Assembly (NCBI GenBank): GCA_040390125.1
Contig: JAZJYZ010000001.1
Coordinates: forward strand, 374,402-438,401
Direction of reading: 5' to 3'
Length of the DNA stretch: 64,000 bases
Source of the DNA: Patescibacteria group bacterium
Lineage (GTDB): Bacteria; Patescibacteriota; Minisyncoccia; Phycocordibacterales; Phycocordibacteraceae
Made by a program: the position numbers and the translations under genes
Shown here: in pieces, positions 27,667 through 35,416 of the stretch
Layout of the letters: every line of letters begins with the position of its first letter
Numbering within the stretch: the first letter of the stretch is position 1
Notes under the pieces: generated by a model
What the model saw: the letters and a program-made list of their open reading frames with translations, nothing else
Database searches by the model: none
Told to the model about the DNA's origin: nothing

Positions 27667-28530
27667 ATGACTTCAAGATTTTATTCACCACTACGTTATC
27701 CTGGAGGGAAAAATAAACTAGCAAAATTTGTAGCTTTGATATGTGAAAAAAATAATATTAATGGACACTATGTTGAGCCTTATGCAGGCGGAGCTTCTGT
27801 CGCTCTATATTTATTGCTAAATGGATATGTAAAAGAGGTCACAATTAATGATTATGATCGTGCAGTTTATGCTTTTTGGTATTCAATTTTGAATTATACA
27901 GAAGAGTTTTGTAAAAAAATATCTTCAACAGAGATAAATGTTGAAAATTGGAAAAAGTTTAAACAGGTTCATTTAAATAAAGAAAAAGCTCCTTTATTTG
28001 ATTTAGGATTTGCTACATTTTTTCTAAATCGTACAAATAGATCTGGAATTATAAACGGAGGAATTATTGGAGGGATCAATCAGCAAGGAGAATATAAAAT
28101 AGATTGTCGTTTCAATAAAGAAGAGTTGATTAAACGCATACGTTTAATTGAGAAGAATCGTGCCAATATACATCTATCTAAATTAGATGCGTTAGATCTT
28201 ATAACTAAAATCCAAAAAAATAAAGGAAATAAAAACACTATTTTCTATTTTGATCCACCTTATTACTTAAAAGGTCCTTCGCTATACATGAACCACTATA
28301 AGCATGAAGACCATAAAGCAGTAAGTGCAGAAATACAAAAAATAAAAAATACCAGATGGATTGTTTCTTATGACAATACTCCTGAGATTAAAAAATTGTA
28401 CTCGATTTCTAAGAAAAAAGAGTATACATTTTTTCATACTGCTTACGAAATAAGGGAAGGTAAAGAAATATTATTTTTTAGTAAAGGATTATCTATTCCT
28501 AGAGTGAGTCGACCAACCATGTTGGCTTAA
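27667..28530 (+). CDS. DNA adenine methyltransferase, Dam (D12 class, alpha group); alternative start at 27646 overlapping the upstream gene
   Basis: motif I LRYPGGK…EPYAGGAS, motif IV DPPY, FxNRxxRSG region. Confidence 0.85.
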   Translation: MTSRFYSPLRYPGGKNKLAKFVALICEKNNINGHYVEPYAGGASVALYLLLNGYVKEVTINDYDRAVYAFWYSILNYTEEFCKKISSTEINVENWKKFKQVHLNKEKAPLFDLGFATFFLNRTNRSGIINGGIIGGINQQGEYKIDCRFNKEELIKRIRLIEKNRANIHLSKLDALDLITKIQKNKGNKNTIFYFDPPYYLKGPSLYMNHYKHEDHKAVSAEIQKIKNTRWIVSYDNTPEIKKLYSISKKKEYTFFHTAYEIREGKEILFFSKGLSIPRVSRPTMLA

Positions 28531-28728
28531 TGTTGACTAGAGAGCTAGAAAAATTTCTTTGTTCTCAAAAATTAACGAGTTTTATTGATTAATTAAGATT
28601 CCAACTTCGTACCAAATTCCCAGTCAGTTTGAGATAGGTTCGGACTCCGAGGAGCATCCATTTTACTATTTACAAAGTTCATCCCATCTGACAGGGTTAA
28701 GAGGTGGTTTATTAGTTAAGAAAATAAA

Positions 28729-28941
28729 ATGGCAAAAACTTATCACTCAAAAGAAGAAATGATTAAACGAATGACTGAAGTTCAGAACGAACTGTCGATT
28801 TTGGCAAGTAAAGGCTCTCTCAGTGAAAATGGTTCAAGAACCGCTGACGAAGAGCTCAGGTTTCAAGAACTTTCTCAAGAACTATCTGCTCTCGATATGA
28901 CTCTTAAAGCTATGTCAGGGAACGGAGGTTCAGCCTTATAG
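28729..28941 (+). CDS. hypothetical small coiled-coil protein
   Basis: 70-aa ORF. Confidence 0.3.
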   Translation: MAKTYHSKEEMIKRMTEVQNELSILASKGSLSENGSRTADEELRFQELSQELSALDMTLKAMSGNGGSAL

Positions 28942-28942
28942 T

Positions 28943-29158
28943 ATGCGGAAGAATACATTTCTAATCATAATTGGCGTTATAATTGTTGGATCGGCTTTTT
29001 ATTGGTATTCATATCGTCCGTCACACATAAGGTCTCAATGTTTAGCAGAGGGAGAACTAAATCCAACTGCGATTGGTATTTCTGATGATGCCGCTAGAAC
29101 CAAATTTATAAATGACTACTACCAAACCTGCCTTCACAGATTCGGCTTGGATAAATAA
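28943..29158 (+). CDS. hypothetical small membrane-anchored protein
   Basis: 71 aa; N-terminal TM; 1-bp gap from the previous ORF. Confidence 0.3.
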   Translation: MRKNTFLIIIGVIIVGSAFYWYSYRPSHIRSQCLAEGELNPTAIGISDDAARTKFINDYYQTCLHRFGLDK

Positions 29159-29235
29159 TCATTTCGAGGAGCGTCAAAATATTAATCTTAAAAGCATCAG
29201 GGAGGGCTTGTGTGGGACTCGGTGGAGAATTATCT

Positions 29236-29253
29236 GAATCCCTGTTCCCCAGC
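29236..29253 (+). repeat. att-like copy of the tRNA-Gln 3' end (gaatccctgttccccagc)
   Basis: 18/18 identity to tRNA 25944-25961. Confidence 0.7.
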
Positions 29254-29368
29254 TGATTTTTAGGCGTAAAAATCATGTCGAAATTAGCAAATTTCGACCA
29301 GGTGGTTTTTGACATAGGTTCCCCCGCCCGAGACCCATGAATCAAGGTTTGACAAGAGAGTATCTGAA

Positions 29369-30340
29369 TTGTACGGTGAAAGAATTATGGTAGGCGAATC
29401 GTCTAAGGAAACCCGCTCCAAAGTCAGCCTGACGGGAATGGAAGATTGGAAGTGGACTGAGGCGGACGTTGATCACTGGTCTCGAGAGCAAAAACCCAAG
29501 CGCTCGTATCAGGACGAAGTTGTTGACAGAGTCTTAGAGCTGAGGGGCAGATTCGAAGTTCAGCAATACGGAGCACTCTCTCAGGATCCAAAGCGTTACC
29601 CACTCTACGTTTTAAGATCTCCAAATTTTTCTCCCGACAAAAAAACGATTCTGATCACGGGTGGTGTACACGGTTATGAGACCAGCGGTGTTCAGGGTGC
29701 GCTCGGATTTCTCGAGCGTGCGGCTGGACAGTTTGACGGAAAGTTTAATTTTGTGTGCGTGCCTTGTATCAGTCCCTGGGCGTACGAGACGATTAATCGT
29801 TGGAATGCGCAGGCATTTGACCCGAATCGTTGGTTCCGTGACGGGAGTCCGGTTGAGGAGTGTCAGCTTTTCTTGCGTGCGATGAAGGACGTCAAGCCCT
29901 TTGCGCATTTTGATCTTCACGAGACGACCGACACCGACAACAGCGTTTTCCGACCAGCGAAAGGCGAGCGGGATGGAAAGGTCGAGGAGTGGTCAGAGAT
30001 TCCCGACGGATTTTATGCCGTTGGCGATAGCAAGAATCCGCAGGCAGGTTTTCAGAAAGCTATCATCGAGTCGGTTAGGAAGGTAACCCACATCGCCAAA
30101 GCTGATGAAAATGGGAACATTATCGGAACTCCGCTCGAGCAAGAGGGAGTGGTCAACTATGATTTGAAGGAGCTCAATTTGTGCGCCGGCTTTTCAGACG
30201 CTGCATATACTACGACCACAGAAGTATATCCCAATAGCCCCGGGGTCACCGATGAGATCTGCATTGATGCTCAGATTGCCGCTATCGTGGGTGGCTTAAA
30301 CTATCTTTTGAAGCAGGAAGAATCCTCTGATGCACAGTGA
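29369..30340 (+). CDS. succinylglutamate desuccinylase/aspartoacylase (AstE/AspA, M14-like) family zinc hydrolase
   Basis: ITGGVHGYETSG (GGxHGxE) and HFDLHET metal-ligand motifs; 323 aa; noticeably GC-rich. Confidence 0.6.
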   Translation: MYGERIMVGESSKETRSKVSLTGMEDWKWTEADVDHWSREQKPKRSYQDEVVDRVLELRGRFEVQQYGALSQDPKRYPLYVLRSPNFSPDKKTILITGGVHGYETSGVQGALGFLERAAGQFDGKFNFVCVPCISPWAYETINRWNAQAFDPNRWFRDGSPVEECQLFLRAMKDVKPFAHFDLHETTDTDNSVFRPAKGERDGKVEEWSEIPDGFYAVGDSKNPQAGFQKAIIESVRKVTHIAKADENGNIIGTPLEQEGVVNYDLKELNLCAGFSDAAYTTTTEVYPNSPGVTDEICIDAQIAAIVGGLNYLLKQEESSDAQ

Positions 30341-30351
30341 GAGTGATGACC

Positions 30352-30369
30352 GAATCTCTGTTACCCAGC
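30352..30369 (+). repeat. degenerate att-like copy (gaatctctgttacccagc)
   Basis: 16/18 identity to the tRNA 3' end. Confidence 0.5.
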
Positions 30370-30507
30370 TGAATTGGAGTTTTTATAAAAACGAAGTTTT
30401 TCAATAAAAAGCTTCAATTCATGTCACGGACGTCCCACAAGACGCCAAGACCAGCGTGATACACGTTCCGACTCCAAGGAAGGTCACTGAGGTACAATGA
30501 CGGATAG

Positions 30508-30939
30508 ATGGAAACCTACAACTGGTACTCACAGCTTATTAAGCCGACATGGGCTCCACCTGCATGGCTTTTTGGACCAGTGTGGACAGTGCTTTATGCA
30601 ATTATTGCGGTTACGTACGGAACCATATTTTATAAAGTATTCACTAAAGAGATTCCGTGGATCGTGGCGCTTCCGTTCGCTCTCAATCTTATTTTCAATT
30701 TTGCATTTACACCAATACAATTTGGACTAAAAAATAATTTGCTTGCCTCGATAGATATTTTACTTATTGTTGGCACACTTATCTGGGCGCTCTATGCACT
30801 CTATTCTTTTGGTCTCACACTTCACATTGAGACTGGCGCTCCCACGTATGCGTGGATCATCTACGCCAATATTCCATATCTTTTGTGGGGAATTTTCGCT
30901 ACATGTTTGCAGCTCACGATTACGTATATGAACAAATAA
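30508..30939 (+). CDS. tspO: TspO/MBR family translocator protein
   Basis: KPxWxPPxWxFGPVWTxLY motif; 5 TM; 143 aa. Confidence 0.8.
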   Translation: METYNWYSQLIKPTWAPPAWLFGPVWTVLYAIIAVTYGTIFYKVFTKEIPWIVALPFALNLIFNFAFTPIQFGLKNNLLASIDILLIVGTLIWALYALYSFGLTLHIETGAPTYAWIIYANIPYLLWGIFATCLQLTITYMNK

Positions 30940-30942
30940 TCT

Positions 30943-31293
30943 ATGCGTGTATGGGATATACACCCAAAGCATTTGTGTAGAAAGCACCTACTCGCAGAAC
31001 ATCGAGAGCTTCATGGACTTTGGAATATTCTTACAAAACATAAAGGCACAGGGGGATATTCGCGCCATCCGGAGACATTGCGCTGGGTAGGAAAACAAAA
31101 AGCACTCTACAATCGGCACGAGGCATTAGTTAAGGAATTCACTCGTCGTGGCTATAAGCATCACACGCCTCTCAATAAACAGTTTGCAAAAGGGTCTGGT
31201 AGTCAGAAGGTATTTATTAACACTCTCAAAGAGCAGGAGGCAATACTTAAACAGAAGTCATGCGAATGTCTCCTTCGAGAGGTATCGAAATAG
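30943..31293 (+). CDS. pyrimidine dimer DNA glycosylase (T4 endonuclease V / DenV-like)
   Basis: HLLAEHRELHGLW and ALYNRHEALVKEFTRRGY align to T4 EndoV HLMAEYRELPRVF and [20 protein letters not shown]; 116 aa. Confidence 0.6.
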   Translation: MRVWDIHPKHLCRKHLLAEHRELHGLWNILTKHKGTGGYSRHPETLRWVGKQKALYNRHEALVKEFTRRGYKHHTPLNKQFAKGSGSQKVFINTLKEQEAILKQKSCECLLREVSK

Positions 31294-31351
31294 TTCCTGA
31301 TGTTCCAAAAGACAAAAGAGCACCTGAGTTAGGCTCAATAAATTCCACCCC

Positions 31352-31393
31352 CCCCAACAAAGCTAGACTTAGCTTATGAATGATAGAAAATCT
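31352..31393 (+). repeat. left copy of a 42-bp imperfect direct repeat (includes a truncated duplicate of the gene start ATGAATGATAGAAAATCT)
   Basis: 37/42 identity with 41727-41768. Confidence 0.7.
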
Positions 31394-31397
31394 CTCC

Positions 31398-31874
31398 TTA
31401 ACCCCGCCTTGCTGCATCAATAGCAGCGACGTCTATTTTTTGCATTGTCATCATTGCATCGAAAGCACGCTTTGCTTCGGCGCCACCAGCTGCAAGGGCT
31501 TCAGTAAGGGTGCGTGGCGTTATTTGCCACGATAGTCCCCAGCGGTCCTTGCACCATCCGCATTCACTTTCTTTGCCACCGTTTTCCACTATTGCGTTCC
31601 AGTAGCGGTCGGTTTCTTCCTGACCGTCCGTCGCAATCTGAAAGGAAAATGCCTCACTTTGTTTAAATACAGGGCCACCATTCAAGCCGATGCAGGGAAT
31701 TCCGCAGACACTGAACTCTACCGTTAGCACATCGCCTTTCTTGCCACTCGGAAAATCACTAGGCGCATAAAAGACATTAGTTACCTTACTATCAGGGAAA
31801 GTAGCGGCATAAAAGTTCGCTGCGGCTTCCGCATTCTTATCAAACCAGAGGCAAATTGTATTTTTTGGTGTCAT
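31398..31874 (-). CDS. VOC-family protein (PhnB / '3-demethylubiquinone-9 3-methyltransferase'-like, PF06983)
   Basis: CGWCKDRWGLSWQI motif; 158 aa. Confidence 0.7.
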   Translation of the reverse strand: MTPKNTICLWFDKNAEAAANFYAATFPDSKVTNVFYAPSDFPSGKKGDVLTVEFSVCGIPCIGLNGGPVFKQSEAFSFQIATDGQEETDRYWNAIVENGGKESECGWCKDRWGLSWQITPRTLTEALAAGGAEAKRAFDAMMTMQKIDVAAIDAARRG

Positions 31875-32009
31875 TTTTGTGTGCAGTATTATTTTAGTAT
31901 TTTACAGCGTTTCAGTACAATGTACAAAATAAATAAAGATGTCTCATTTTCGAAGAACCGACCGAGACGCTCATTTAGTTTGGATTCTGTGCCATGATGA
32001 GTAGTAGCT

Positions 32010-32531
32010 ATGAATAAATTCTTTCCTCTTATTGCATTGGCACTTCTCCTCATCATTGGTGGGGGAGTCTGGTATTACAATGACGCACAAAAGACTCCGT
32101 CCGTAATCGGCTGCACCATGGAAGCAAAGATTTGCCCCGATGGTTCAGCTGTTGGACGCACAGGCCCGCAATGTGAATTTTCTGCCTGTCCAGAAGCTGG
32201 AGGAGTGACATCTTATTCATCGGGTATCCGAGGAATAGTGTTAGCGGGGCCAGTGTGCCCAGTGGAGCGTAATCCTCCCGACCCAAACTGTGCTGACAGA
32301 CCAATTGAAACAAATGTTTCTGTATACAAAGCATCAGATATTACCCGTGCGCTCGTTGTAACAACAGGCGCACAGAATGGCACATTTGAGATGAAGCTAC
32401 CGGCAGGTGAGTATGTGGTGATGAGTGGCCCATATGGAGTACCGCTTCCACGATGTAGCGATGTTTCAGTAAGTGTCAAAGAAAATGCGTATACGAACGT
32501 ACAAGTATCGTGCGACACAGGAATACGGTAA
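32010..32531 (+). CDS. membrane-anchored secreted hypothetical protein (Cys-rich, beta-rich)
   Basis: 173 aa; N-terminal TM. Confidence 0.4.
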   Translation: MNKFFPLIALALLLIIGGGVWYYNDAQKTPSVIGCTMEAKICPDGSAVGRTGPQCEFSACPEAGGVTSYSSGIRGIVLAGPVCPVERNPPDPNCADRPIETNVSVYKASDITRALVVTTGAQNGTFEMKLPAGEYVVMSGPYGVPLPRCSDVSVSVKENAYTNVQVSCDTGIR

Positions 32532-32650
32532 GGCACGAGAGTTGTGATTAACTCGACGTCCCTAATTTCAATAAAATTTTTGGAAATGAGGAACGCTATA
32601 TATTGATAATAGGGGTAAGTGGCCGATAGTGTTACCCTACCCTTACTTTC

Positions 32651-33091
32651 ATGGCTATCATACAACCGACCCCAGTGAACGGGTTTTATAGAATTTTGCG
32701 TTGGTGCATAGGAATACCTGTTGTGTATCTTATGCTGGTACCTATCGTGATTGCCGATATTTTTTTGGAAATCTACCACCATGTAGCATTCCCCATGTTT
32801 GGTATTAAAAAAGTCAATCGACATGAATATATTCGCATACGGGATCGGGCAGAACTCTCGTACCTTACCTGGTATGAGAAATTAAATTGTGCCTATTGTG
32901 GTTATGTGAACGGCTGGCTTCATTACGCATCAGTTATTGCAGGACGTACGGAAAATTACTTTTGCGCAGTGGCACACCTTGAAACACGAGGATACGTTCC
33001 TTCAGAACACGAAAAATCATTTGTTAAGTATGGCGATGAGGCCGCACTCCGTCGTCGTTATGCACGCCACGAGGAAGATTTTGGTGGATGA
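32651..33091 (+). CDS. hypothetical membrane protein with CxxC
   Basis: 146 aa; preferred over the antisense 203-aa ORF. Confidence 0.35.
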   Translation: MAIIQPTPVNGFYRILRWCIGIPVVYLMLVPIVIADIFLEIYHHVAFPMFGIKKVNRHEYIRIRDRAELSYLTWYEKLNCAYCGYVNGWLHYASVIAGRTENYFCAVAHLETRGYVPSEHEKSFVKYGDEAALRRRYARHEEDFGG

Positions 33092-33239
33092 AATAAGAAA
33101 CTGTCTGCCATCTGGTAGTTGTGACCAAATACCTACCTCAAATCAAAAATGAAATTAATGTCGTTTTTGAGTGTATTAGCTAGGGTGAGTGGGCATGGCT
33201 CCCTCACACCATGGTCATTACTTACTAAATCATACAATA

Positions 33240-33803
33240 ATGAAAAATAAATTAATGCACATATCAAAGAAGTCTCGAATGATTGCAGCAACAGCTTTTG
33301 CTCTTGGACTTGCAGTAGTTGGAGGAAACTTCGCGTACGCTAATACTGTTTCGACTGGAGACAAGCACAATCCGATGAGTTCTCTTGTGTCTGCTATTGC
33401 AACCAAGTTTAATCTGAACTCGGCAGAGGTGCAGACTGTCGTTGACGATGTCATGAAGACAGAACGCACCACGCACAGGCTTCAGATGCAGACAAATCAA
33501 GCAACCAGGCTTGCTAAAGCAGTAACAGATGGAAAGCTTACACAAGCGCAGGCTACTCTTATTACTGCAAAAGTGGCGGAAATGAAAGCTTCAATGGAAG
33601 CGAATCGAACCGCCAATGAAAATCTGACTCAAGCGGAGCGTAAGACTAAGATGGAGGCTGAGCAGGCAAGTCTTAAAGCATGGGCAACTGCAAACAATAT
33701 TCCCATGAACTTTCTTTCTCAGTTTGGAGGAAAAGGACACGGAGGATTTGACGGACATAGGGGTCCTGGTGGAAACGGCGACGCACCAAGGCAAGGTAAT
33801 TAA
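33240..33803 (+). CDS. secreted alpha-helical hypothetical protein (start at internal Met; the track ORF begins at 33189)
   Basis: signal peptide MKNKLMHISKKSRMIAATAFALGLAVVG; Gly-rich tail. Confidence 0.4.
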   Translation: MKNKLMHISKKSRMIAATAFALGLAVVGGNFAYANTVSTGDKHNPMSSLVSAIATKFNLNSAEVQTVVDDVMKTERTTHRLQMQTNQATRLAKAVTDGKLTQAQATLITAKVAEMKASMEANRTANENLTQAERKTKMEAEQASLKAWATANNIPMNFLSQFGGKGHGGFDGHRGPGGNGDAPRQGN

Positions 33804-33916
33804 ATACTTTCTCTCGGACCTCTCTAATAACAGCTTTTCTACAAAGCTTGTACACAAAACCCCCGTGAGGGGGTTTTGTGGTGTACCTATTAGGTGTAAT
33901 AAAAGTGGGATGCCAG

Positions 33917-34495
33917 ATGTATTATGAAGTTGTGGGTCAACCAGATTCACCGATATGCGATGAACAAATCGCCAAACAGGTACAAGAAGGAGATAGAGAG
34001 GCCTTTGGCTTTTTGGTCGACCGCTATCAAAGCAAGTTGCAGCGGTATGGAACTAAGTTTCTCTCAAGGAAAGAAGACATTGAAGATATTGTGCAGGACG
34101 TTTTTATGAGTGCATATAAGAACATAAAAAGTTTTCATACCGACGAGCGTTTTAGTCCATGGATATATCGCATTGCACATAATGCCTTTGTAAATGGCTT
34201 ACGAAAAAAAGAAAGATCACCACTTATAACAATCGACTTCGACACCCTTGTGTCGCATGCAATCTACGAAGACCCAGCAGAATCAGAACGTGAACAAAAG
34301 GAAACACGAGATATGTTAGACAAGGTGCTGACACGTATCAATCCACGGTATCGAGAAATTTTAGTTCTACATTACTTTGAGGAAATGCCGTATCGGGACA
34401 TTGCGGAGGTTTTAAAGATTCCTATAGGTACCGTTGGGGTACGCATTCGACGAGCAAAGGAAGCGCTCAAAAAAATACTTACAAAAACTATATGA
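33917..34495 (+). CDS. ECF-type RNA polymerase sigma factor (sigma-70 family); the track ORF starts at 33878
   Basis: region 2 (FGFLVDRYQSKLQRYG…DIVQDVF) and region 4 HTH (MPYRDIAEVLKIPIGTVGVRIRRA). Confidence 0.85.
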   Translation: MYYEVVGQPDSPICDEQIAKQVQEGDREAFGFLVDRYQSKLQRYGTKFLSRKEDIEDIVQDVFMSAYKNIKSFHTDERFSPWIYRIAHNAFVNGLRKKERSPLITIDFDTLVSHAIYEDPAESEREQKETRDMLDKVLTRINPRYREILVLHYFEEMPYRDIAEVLKIPIGTVGVRIRRAKEALKKILTKTI

Positions 34496-35247
34496 ACCAG
34501 CAAAAAAAACCTATAAGTATTAAAGATAAAATTCTTACTGATATCAAATCAGGGGAAATTACAATGCGTCCGAAGATTTACTTTACGCTCAAAATCGCAG
34601 CTCTCATTGTAGGTGCGTTTGCAGTGGTGGCTATTTCAATCTTTATCTTCAATTTTATTCTCTTTACTATCCGTATCAGCGGTCAGGACAATCTACTTGG
34701 GTTTGGCCCTAGAGGATGGGAAGTGTTTGTACGTCATTTTCCCTGGCACTTGCTCGTGCTCGATATCGCACTAATTATTGGTTTGCAATGGCTTCTTCGA
34801 CAATTTAAATTTGGTTATAAAATTCCGATACTGTATCTCCTCCTTGGTCTTTTATGCGTTACTGCTGTTGCCGGTTTTGCACTAGAGAGAGGGACACCTT
34901 TTAATGATCGCCTGTATCAGATGCGTGGGCAGGGGCTACCTTCACCTCTCGGAGGTTTCTATGACCGGGCCAATCGACCACCCCCTCTTGGTGGCGGTGT
35001 GTGTAGATGCACTATTACCGCCATCACGGGCAATATACTCACTGTGCAGGATAGTCGGAGTACCACTACTCTTTCAGTTATCCTTCCTGCAAATGACCCA
35101 AGAGCTACGACAACATCTCTTAAGGTTGGAGATATAGTGCTCGTAGCAGGAGACCAACAAGACGGAGTAATTAACGCTTTCGGGGTACGAAAGATATCGC
35201 CTGATGACCCCGGCCCTCGCCGGTTTACTCCTCCTTCTCCTCGTTAA
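34492..35247 (+). CDS. putative anti-sigma factor / membrane protein cotranscribed with the ECF sigma
   Basis: stop/start overlap with the sigma gene; 3-4 TM; Pro/Gly-rich C-terminus. Confidence 0.35.
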   Translation: MNQQKKPISIKDKILTDIKSGEITMRPKIYFTLKIAALIVGAFAVVAISIFIFNFILFTIRISGQDNLLGFGPRGWEVFVRHFPWHLLVLDIALIIGLQWLLRQFKFGYKIPILYLLLGLLCVTAVAGFALERGTPFNDRLYQMRGQGLPSPLGGFYDRANRPPPLGGGVCRCTITAITGNILTVQDSRSTTTLSVILPANDPRATTTSLKVGDIVLVAGDQQDGVINAFGVRKISPDDPGPRRFTPPSPR

Positions 35248-35416
35248 CGCAAACTTCTCAGATGAAATAAATCCGAGGGGGTTTTTGTATTAAAGAATGT
35301 GAGTAGTAGAACAGTAGGAATTATCGCACTAGCAGTTGTAATCATCGTCACTTTGGTCTTGTTTTTCAATAGTCCGATCGAAATATAGATTTATTTTAAT
35401 TAATGTACTACGTCCG

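Larger units (their letters stand above)
25961..30369 (+). mobile_element. degenerate tRNA-Gln-associated integrated element array (tandem islands delimited by copies of the tRNA 3' end; no integrase)
   Basis: copies of gaatccctgttccccagc at 26148-26162, 26190-26206, 29236-29253 and 30352-30369; AT-rich and GC-rich cargo segments. Confidence 0.5.

Noticed and set aside
25961-30369. Calling the tRNA-Gln islets an intact prophage or ICE
   Set aside because: There is no integrase, excisionase, capsid, terminase or conjugation gene. Only att-like repeat copies and cargo are present, so it is described as degenerate or satellite islets.
32213-32824. 203-aa minus-strand ORF overlapping two plus-strand ORFs
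   Set aside because: The plus-strand ORFs (32010-32531 and 32651-33091) have signal/TM features and proper spacing. The minus ORF has no motifs and spans their intergenic gap, so it is judged spurious.
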